Source of the DNA: Phoronis australis
Taxonomy: Eukaryota; Animalia; Phoronida
Direction of reading: 5' to 3'
Length of the DNA stretch: 42,713 bases
NCBI GenBank assembly: GCA_002633005.1
Contig: NMRA01000038.1
Span: forward strand, 537,501 to 580,213
The position numbers and the translations under genes were made by a program. Shown here piece after piece: positions 38,301 to 42,713 of this stretch (its first letter is position 1; every line of letters begins with the position of its first letter). Under the pieces are notes generated by a model that did no database searches, was not told where the DNA came from, and saw nothing but the letters and a program-made list of their open reading frames with translations.

Positions 38301-41300
38301 TACATATGAGAGTTAGCGAGGATCAAAGAACAACATTTTGTTTCAAAGATAAATTTAATATCTACTTGTATTTAATATCTGATAATAGGTTACAACAACT
38401 TTAGGATCCTTCAAAAAATGGTCTCACACCAGATCTACAGTAGCGTGGCTGAGTCCTAAGCATTAAATCACTCGCTACAACTCAGTTTTAATAACAGGCA
38501 TTTCTTTTATATTTACAAATGTCATACGCTCAGAGCAGAAATGCCTGTGATGCTCTGCTCAATGTTTACATCCATGGCCAAACTGATTCACTAATGATCA
38601 AGCTTTCAGCTGCTTTAGTCTGCTTAAACACTTGACGAATCATTCAAGTTCAAAATGCAGGGAATGGGTGAAAAAATAGACCCGATTCGAAACCAGTGTG
38701 ATGAGTTTTAAAATTTAAGAAGCTCTTCACTGCTGCACAGACAACACAGAAACAGGTCACTCTGTGAATGTAGAGCTATTTCCAGACCATGTTATTTCCA
38801 ACAAACACTCAGGAGTATTCAAAGATTATAAAGCTTCAAAGTTTCAAAAAATGTGAATAAAACTGCGACCTAAAATTTGTGTAGAAAGGTCAAGGGCACC
38901 ATGCTCCCAAACACACATCACTTTCCACGTGAGGTGCATGACAGTCACCTGCCTCACATTCTCCTCTAATACACAACTTATTATTTAAACAGCTCCCTTC
39001 TCAGCTACTGACCTCTTTTGAGCGTTCTTGCCACCAAACCTTACTTCCTCCCTCAACAGTGAAAAGTGTGGTTCATGACTGACTAGACCCAACATAATCT
39101 GTAAACAAAAAGTACAAACTGAAACACAGTATTGAGAAAAACAGCCTTAGTCCATTCTTGGTGACTTTACAAAATATTTGTGACACCATAGATCATGTTT
39201 CAACAAGTAACCACAGGGTCACCAACCTTAATCGGCTACAAACCACCTTCCGTCAAGAAATTGAACAAGCGAAATAGGTCCCAACTTGTACCTCACTCAA
39301 ACTGGAAGTGATTTCTGCGCATGGAAAAAACTGAAGATCATTAAGACTAGAGATTGAGAACGGTCATTTCTTTCCAAGCCGAGAAACACCAACACATCTT
39401 GGTAGGAAAATTTGGGATTACATCAAACATTACCCGTTTTGACAAACATGGGTGTATAACAGCTTTAAATTACCCCACTTGCGACAACTTACTTCACATT
39501 ATCGAGGTATGGTAACTTTTTATAGGGTTACTAGTGTCACTTCTAATTGCTGTGAGGCCGCAAACCTGTTGCAAGGCAGTAATTATCAGCTATGTTTACA
39601 TACAGATGGGTCTTCTTTTGCGTGTTGTATTCGCATCAGCTGTCCATTGTCACGCACAGTGACAACTTCCACCTTACACTAGTTATTGGGTGAGTGTCTG
39701 TGTGTGGACGGGCCACTTAAAGAGGGGCAAGTTGCACTAGTGCAAGTTGCACTAGTGCAAGTTACACTGGTGCAAGTTGCACTAGTGCAGGTTGTTCTAG
39801 GGTAAGTCTGTGTGTAAATGGGACTACAGAGTGGCCATTGGTATCAGTAATTTACAGTTCTCTCACCAGATCCGCATCAAGGCCGTAGAGGCAGTGCCTT
39901 GTATTCGGGTCGTATTCTGGTTTGGCCTTCTCATGCCGTATGAAGTCCATGATCTTATGCTCACCCTCTCCTGGCGTCTGCAAGCAATGTTTGTATTCCA
40001 TGAACGCACAGCAATGTAATTAATATCTGATACAACATTCTTTTGGGTTTATGCACATTTTTTGGTACATGCCCACCCAGCAATTTTCGTGATTTCACTT
40101 ATAAACACCCATGCTAGTTATAGGCCTATACCCAATTTATTCATCCATCACTTACATAAACGTCATTAAGAACACTCACTTATGGAGAAGTTCAGCTAAA
40201 AATGTTTTCATGTAATCAACAAACGACATTTTGTCTATTCAGGTAATCACCACTTAATGGAGACTTCCTAAAAATTTCTTTTTATACCACGCTCAGCTTA
40301 ACACTCATTCCTTGATTGTTAGTTACTCCATTATAGCCCAAGTGAGCACAGTATATAGCGCTTTATTTAAAGCCACCATGCCCAAACTAAGTAACTCCAC
40401 CATTGTTAAAAGTGGAACCAGCTTTTCCCATTCGCACTGCTCAAGTGATATCTGCTCAGCTGCCTTATACAGTCTATACCTGGTTTCGTTGTCAAATTGT
40501 ACATCATTGTATATTACAAAAATATTTTCAAGTCTGGTTTGCATGCCACCTGTTGGCCTCATCACATGACCTAAGATTTCTGCCCCGATCGGCACTCAAA
40601 CCCATTGTGTATTATTGAACTGCTACGAACTCACCTTCAGCTAATGGTGTATACCGCTTATCATTATAAAACCTCTCTTAGCTTATTCATTACTCGGATT
40701 AGTAGTATTTTCTGAGTTTTGGAAGAGTTGGAAGATTATTTCTTGAGGCTATGCTTGTCGCATAAAATTACCGCCAGGCTCAAGGCAACTCAGTGAGCAA
40801 TAGTGGTCGGAAATCTGTTATAATCAAGGAAAGAAACCATCCTATACCGATTTCATTACGGCAAGTGGGCTAAAACAAATTCCCCTTTGAGAGAAAGTCT
40901 GGTTCATGACATCTTTAAAATATAATACCTCAACAGATACAAACCTCATGCCCCGATAGATACACTTTTAGACCTTGCCACATTTTGTCTTCAGAGATCT
41001 TTCTTGTCAGGAAGTATTTGAGCTGTTCATGCAACCGCACCATAAAAGGAGTACCTAGGAAGCAAAATTGATTTTGAAATGGAATCCTATCTGTTGTGTG
41101 ATATTCCATATGATCTTTTTAGCAGCTATGGCTAAATTACGTTGCTCCAACCATAACTTGACAACATTGAAAGGTAGACATGCTCTTGTGGCCCGAAAAT
41201 ATGTGTGTGTTGTTTCTGTGTGTCCCTAATTGAAGATGAATACCATTTTATGTGTTTGTATAATCTACTGTACTCTGAGAACTGCAGTGCATTTATACCT

Positions 41301-42344
41301 GAGTGGTGCTGGCGTGAACCAAATAAACATAAATTTGTAAAGCTAATGAAAATGCATGAGCCCATTGCTCAGATTAATCTAATGAAATTTGTATTTCACG
41401 CCACTGCACTCACGGTAAAGCTGCTGAGCGTTAACCTGTAAATTTTATGTAACGTGTGGACCAAGGACTTAAATGTTGAAAATAGATGAATATGAATATG
41501 AAAAGAAAAACCCATGAAAGGTGGAATAAAAACTTTGCTGCTGGGAGACATTTGAAGTAACATTTCATAGTCAATCACATTGCATTTACCTAGACTGAGG
41601 TGTGTTTCACATCAAGAAGGTTATGAGACATAACACAAAATCTAGTGAGAAATATTGCCATTAAAAGTTCCAGCATGTTGCCTGACGTGAAGATTTAACC
41701 CATAATTTGAATGACAGCTCAGCTCCTTAGATCATCACGCCTTCCCTACATCAACACAGCCACAGCCACAGCCACAGCCACAGCCACAGCCACAGCCACA
41801 GCCACAGCCAATCACTACATAAGATAAAAGCTGATTCTGATTTGGTTCACTTGCATCAGTTTTCCCTAAACAAAAACAAAATAAGAAAAGCAATGTGACA
41901 CGAAACTTTTTAGTTTTCAGGGAAATTATAAGTCCCTGCCCACATAATTTACACTTTGGTCACTTTGGTGGTCAGCTTATGGTGACCTGAACCTTTGCTA
42001 GCCACCCAATCAAAACCTGTTTGAAATAATCTAAAAATATTTTTCTTTCAGTCTCCATCTTACTATCACACACCAGGAACAACTAAGAATGTCTTTGTCC
42101 AGAGTCCACCCCAACATAGATGTTTAATCTGCAATAATTACCAACCTGGTGTGATGCAGTTACTGTCAAACCTCTGTTCCTTAGGCAGGATTTCACCCTT
42201 CTCGATGGCTTTACGCTCTAGCTCCTCTGCCTCTCGCGCTGACCGGAACCGGCGACCCCGCTGCTGGTTCATCTTGGCCCGAGGTGCAACTCCATCAATG
42301 GCCATGAAGAAGACTTTACGAGGACGGATCATGCGAAATAATAC
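2266..42344 (-). CDS. XRN1: 5'-3' exoribonuclease 1 (XRN1/pacman), partial spliced gene, 20 internal exons
   Basis: Spliced translation contains XRN motifs [91 protein letters not shown] and [21 protein letters not shown]. It continues into the XRN1-specific C-terminal extension ([30 protein letters not shown]). Exon phases chain without frameshift. Confidence 0.97.
2776..2938 (-). CDS. XRN1: XRN1 exon ([26 protein letters not shown]...[17 protein letters not shown])
   Basis: tcacag acceptor, gtacat donor, 163 nt, phase 2 to 0. Confidence 0.94.
3012..3172 (-). mobile_element. tRNA-derived SINE-like repeat
   Basis: Minus strand has A-box-like TAGTGGCTAAAGCG and B-box GGTTCAAATCC; adjacent body (gcatgccacctg...catcacatgacctaa) recurs at ~40518-40602. 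Confidence 0.6.
3221..3258. repeat. Imperfect (CA)n microsatellite
   Basis: Direct reading. Confidence 0.85.
3656..3787 (-). CDS. XRN1: XRN1 exon ([44 protein letters not shown])
   Basis: gttcag acceptor, gtattg donor, 132 nt, phase 2 to 2; fits between the flanking exons. Confidence 0.88.
4152..4331. promoter_or_regulatory. Cluster of heat-shock elements (alternating nGAAn/nTTCn) in a repeat-derived segment
   Basis: GAActTTCtaGAA at 4214-4226 and TTCagGAAagTTCtaGAA at 4304-4321; near-matches at 4152 and 4259; ~60-bp internal duplication at 4118-4225. Confidence 0.5.
4859..5018. repeat. 39-bp tandem repeat x4 (CACATTTAGTGTTGGCTAATATTGCAATCTGCTTTCAAG)
   Basis: Four identical units. Confidence 0.95.
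5520..5629 (-). CDS. XRN1: XRN1 exon ([36 protein letters not shown])
   Basis: ttttccag acceptor (CAGCAG tandem; alternative boundary 5626), gtaaga donor, phase 0 to 2. Confidence 0.93.
5968..6057 (-). CDS. XRN1: XRN1 exon ([30 protein letters not shown])
   Basis: tgacag acceptor, gtacgt donor, 90 nt. Confidence 0.94.
6064..6146. repeat. ~43-bp tandem duplication next to an XRN1 splice acceptor
   Basis: aatagacgcacattctcctgatattcaacaatggatagcg twice. Confidence 0.9.
6536..6829. mobile_element. MITE (PIF/Harbinger-like ends GGGGTCTGTTTCATGAA...TTCATGAAACAGAACCC)
   Basis: Imperfect ~45-bp TIRs; related termini at ~3861 and ~8618-8785; superfamily assignment is inference. Confidence 0.6.
7408..7534 (-). 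CDS. XRN1: XRN1 exon ([12 protein letters not shown]...[16 protein letters not shown])
   Basis: cttcag acceptor, gtaagg donor, 127 nt, phase 2 to 0. Confidence 0.94.
8115..8281 (-). CDS. XRN1: XRN1 exon ([30 protein letters not shown]...FPSVTLNHA)
   Basis: tctcag acceptor, gtaggt donor, 167 nt, phase 0 to 2. Confidence 0.93.
8785..8912. repeat. Imperfect ~37-bp tandem repeat (~3.5 copies)
   Basis: gatctgccttcttatctccag..ccaaattggatgaca units. Confidence 0.8.
9119..9238 (-). CDS. XRN1: XRN1 exon ([40 protein letters not shown])
   Basis: tttacag acceptor, gtagga donor, 120 nt. Confidence 0.96.
9753..9909 (-). CDS. XRN1: XRN1 exon ([13 protein letters not shown]...[22 protein letters not shown])
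   Basis: tctcag acceptor, gtatgg donor, 157 nt, phase 2 to 0. Confidence 0.96.
10151..10680 (+). mobile_element. Non-autonomous Kolobok-like family, copy 1 (others at ~14940-15625 -, ~20315-20690 -, ~22540-23029 +, 35477-35954 +)
   Basis: Shared blocks (ccctagaaa..tccaaattt, atgaaacttt..atacta, ccactt(t/g)tgca..ggg(c/g)ctatc, gacttgtc.ac.aggt.ctaca); short TIRs of the GGTTATGTAGGACC type with TTAA-like flanks. Confidence 0.65.
10700..10802 (+). mobile_element. tRNA-derived SINE 5' fragment
   Basis: A-box TGGCCTAGTGTG, B-box GGTTCAAATCC, followed by cccttgagtcagg; no cloverleaf. Confidence 0.6.
10815..10932 (-). mobile_element. ~120-bp interspersed element, inverted copy of 34094-34213
   Basis: Reverse complement aligns end to end with 34094-34213. 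Confidence 0.85.
10993..11082 (-). CDS. XRN1: XRN1 exon ([30 protein letters not shown])
   Basis: ttgcag acceptor, gtaagt donor, 90 nt, phase 2 to 2. Confidence 0.96.
11924..12092 (-). CDS. XRN1: XRN1 exon ([12 protein letters not shown]...[29 protein letters not shown])
   Basis: gactag acceptor, gtatgt donor, 169 nt, phase 1 to 2; resembles the DDLFETEFRQYKRTYY segment of vertebrate XRN1. Confidence 0.9.
13231..13339 (-). CDS. XRN1: XRN1 linker exon ([36 protein letters not shown]) with GC donor
   Basis: tttcag acceptor, AG|gcaagt donor, 109 nt, phase 0 to 1. This phase change is required to join the phase-0 exon at 33228 to the phase-1 exon at 12092. Acidic low-complexity linker with little sequence conservation. 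Confidence 0.8.
14940..15625 (-). mobile_element. Kolobok-like non-autonomous family copy with internal duplication
   Basis: Reverse-complement similarity to 10151-10680 and 35477-35954; block ttttgatagccc(c)tcatg occurs twice; boundaries approximate. Confidence 0.6.
15922..16210. repeat. Diverged ~175-bp tandem duplication
   Basis: gtaatcaacctattttct...aaaaatgaagt...acttccagga occurs at ~15922 and ~16097. Confidence 0.7.
17430..17443 (+). promoter_or_regulatory. CTCF consensus-like site CCACTAGGTGGCGC
   Basis: Match to the CTCF core CCASYAGRKGGCRS; weaker relatives at 17021, 17200, 17270 and 17281. Confidence 0.5.
17715..17795. repeat. Compound CA/CACG/CATG microsatellite (alternating purine-pyrimidine)
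   Basis: Direct reading. Confidence 0.92.
19087..19498. mobile_element. MITE with CA(A/T)AGGTGGATCC TIRs, containing a diverged partial copy of the ~120-bp element (~19130-19205)
   Basis: caaaggtggatcc at 19087 and ggatccacctatg ending at 19498. Confidence 0.6.
20909..20924 (+). promoter_or_regulatory. Perfect DR4 nuclear-receptor element GGGTCAgataAGGTCA
   Basis: Two RGGTCA half-sites with a 4-nt spacer; extra TGACCT at 20895-20900. Confidence 0.45.
22540..23029 (+). mobile_element. Kolobok-like non-autonomous family copy
   Basis: Colinear similarity to 35477-35954 (tttgctatgaatgtacc shared exactly); ends in ccttaa. Confidence 0.65.
23031..23087. repeat. 21-bp tandem repeat, about 2.7 copies
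   Basis: atgatattggacacatagata units. Confidence 0.85.
23877..23905. repeat. (CTA)n microsatellite
   Basis: Direct reading. Confidence 0.9.
24505..24970. mobile_element. Old MITE with imperfect inverted repeats
   Basis: tagcaacagtgcaccca..ttcgacacc (~24511) versus ggtgtcga..tgggtacactgatgcta (~24939). Confidence 0.55.
26174..26367. repeat. Recent tandem duplication (97 bp + 92 bp)
   Basis: Units identical except for a 5-bp indel. Confidence 0.92.
27215..27250 (-). promoter_or_regulatory. Array of four DR4-spaced nuclear-receptor half-sites
   Basis: Minus strand AGGTGA tttg AGGTCA aggg AGTTCA gatg GGGTCA. Confidence 0.5.
31510..32610. mobile_element. Probable DNA-transposon remnant (TACCGTATT terminus, Tc1/mariner/pogo-like)
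   Basis: TACCGTATTCGCCG start and CpG-richer body; the partner terminus was not found, so the right boundary is uncertain. Confidence 0.4.
32611..32790 (+). mobile_element. Truncated copy of the CAGGGCTTGGAA element
   Basis: Matches 34072-34400 but lacks the 120-bp insert. Confidence 0.8.
33228..33338 (-). CDS. XRN1: XRN1 exon ([37 protein letters not shown])
   Basis: ttccag acceptor, gtaagt donor, 111 nt; ADLKWFE motif; precedes the 19.9-kb intron. Confidence 0.93.
33623..33690 (-). CDS. XRN1: XRN1 exon ([23 protein letters not shown])
   Basis: tttcag acceptor, gtaggt donor, 68 nt, phase 1 to 0. Confidence 0.95.
34072..34703. mobile_element. Non-autonomous hAT-like element with 13-bp TIRs (CAGGGCTTGGAAT) and 6-bp TSD ATATTT
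   Basis: Perfect TIRs; ATATTT at 34066-34071 and 34704-34709. Confidence 0.85.
34094..34213 (+). mobile_element. ~120-bp element nested in the hAT-like element, 12-bp TSD AATGACCTATGA
   Basis: TSD at 34082-34093 and 34214-34225; A-run at the 3' end; empty site at ~32621-32632. Confidence 0.85.
34764..34830. repeat. ~22-bp tandem repeat x3
   Basis: tatgacatcatcaatcagtgg units. Confidence 0.85.
35210..35378 (-). CDS. XRN1: XRN1 exon ([32 protein letters not shown]...LPTLD)
   Basis: ttacag acceptor, gtaagg donor, 169 nt, phase 0 to 1; GND catalytic motif. Confidence 0.96.
35477..35954 (+). mobile_element. Kolobok-like non-autonomous family copy
   Basis: ttaa|agttacgtaggacc ... ggtgctacataacc|ataa termini. 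Confidence 0.7.
36752..37176 (+). pseudogene. THAP zinc-finger domain ORF (transposase N-terminus) with in-frame stop
   Basis: [26 protein letters not shown]...RRTWL...YRVCGKHF...[10 protein letters not shown] shows the C2CH signature and AVPT-like box; TAG at 36788-36790; runs into the N gap. Confidence 0.85.
37177..37616. other. Assembly gap (440 N)
   Basis: Run of N. Confidence 1.
38014..38101 (-). CDS. XRN1: XRN1 exon ([29 protein letters not shown])
   Basis: ttccag acceptor, gtaagt donor, 88 nt, phase 2 to 0. Confidence 0.95.
39013..39098 (-). CDS. XRN1: XRN1 exon ([29 protein letters not shown])
   Basis: tttacag acceptor, gtcagt donor, 86 nt, phase 0 to 2. Confidence 0.95.
39727..39790. 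repeat. 15-bp quasi-palindromic tandem repeat (GCAAGTTGCACTAGT)x4
   Basis: ACTAGTGCAA-G-TTGCACTAGT is self-complementary. Confidence 0.9.
39867..39977 (-). CDS. XRN1: XRN1 exon ([37 protein letters not shown])
   Basis: ttgcag acceptor, gtgaga donor, 111 nt; catalytic GEGE and DAD motifs. Confidence 0.96.
40518..40660 (-). mobile_element. Second, more decayed copy of the 3012-3172 repeat
   Basis: Shared aaatattt..aa.tctggt.tgcatgccacctg.tggc...atcacatgacctaa block. Confidence 0.6.
40945..41054 (-). CDS. XRN1: XRN1 exon ([37 protein letters not shown])
   Basis: cctag acceptor, gtttgt donor, 110 nt, phase 1 to 0. Confidence 0.95.
41071..41502 (+). mobile_element. 5'-truncated non-LTR retrotransposon (LINE) 3' end, degenerate
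   Basis: Frameshifted translation FEMESYL...[16 protein letters not shown]...[12 protein letters not shown] resembles the Cys/His C-terminus of RTE-X/L2-like ORF2; followed by a short (ATATGA)n tail. Confidence 0.75.
41755..41809. repeat. (CACAGC)n hexamer microsatellite, about 9 units
   Basis: Direct reading. Confidence 0.95.
42146..42344 (-). CDS. XRN1: XRN1 exon ([34 protein letters not shown]...FDSNCITP)
   Basis: ctccag acceptor, gttggt donor, 199 nt, phase 0 to 1; catalytic Asp (DGVAP) and basic 5'-phosphate pocket residues. Confidence 0.96.
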
Positions 42345-42713
42345 CTGGAGACATTTTCAACATTAGACATGGCTTTGGATGAAACACGTACCACTACACA
42401 ATTTTACCTTGGAGAGTTATGCAAGAGTTTGTGCGCAACAAATAATAGTGGATAAGAATGGGATGATTCTAATTCGTGGTGAAATTTGATGATTCCTATT
42501 AGATTTACAAAAGGGTAATGAAGCATCAAACGTATGCTTATTACAACACAGTACTTGTATCTAAATTATCCAGCTCTTGCGAGGTTTTTGATTAGGGCAC
42601 TACATTGCTGCAGGAATTCCCGATATTTTGTGTAACTGTTTGGGTGTTGTTATCGGGTGACGTATAAGCGCAAGAGGCTGGAGATGTCTTGCATACAAAG
42701 TTTATTTGTTTTT

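Noticed and set aside
2266-42344. Assignment as XRN2/Rat1
   Set aside because: The C-terminal extension exons and the [16 protein letters not shown] and ADLKWFE motifs are XRN1-type
1147-42366. Remaining 60-130 aa ORFs in the track as independent genes
   Set aside because: They are antisense or alternative frames of XRN1 exons, exon read-through into introns, or repeat-derived, with no independent support

Overview
AT-rich, repeat-rich metazoan (invertebrate-like) genomic DNA; the species cannot be determined from the sequence alone. The whole window lies inside one minus-strand gene, XRN1 (cytoplasmic 5'-3' exoribonuclease 1). I reconstructed 20 internal coding exons by hand (42344 down to 2266; 2490 nt, 830 codons, all intron phases compatible). 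The first and last exons lie outside the window. All introns are GT-AG except one GC-AG. One intron (13340-33227, about 19.9 kb) is far longer than the rest (0.3-2.6 kb) and falls in the variable linker between the two conserved nuclease regions. It carries clusters of nuclear-receptor-type RGGTCA repeats (DR4/DR5), CTCF-like motifs and a candidate recursive splice site. The adjacent GC-AG intron holds a candidate 22-nt stop-containing microexon. Other introns contain a Kolobok-type transposon with a THAP-domain ORF (spanning an assembly gap), several MITE families, a LINE 3' fragment, tRNA-derived SINE-like heads, a small ~120-bp mobile element with a demonstrable empty site, a heat-shock-element cluster and tandem repeats. 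I found no evidence of a novel protein-coding system. The interesting candidates are regulatory or splicing features and remain hypotheses.
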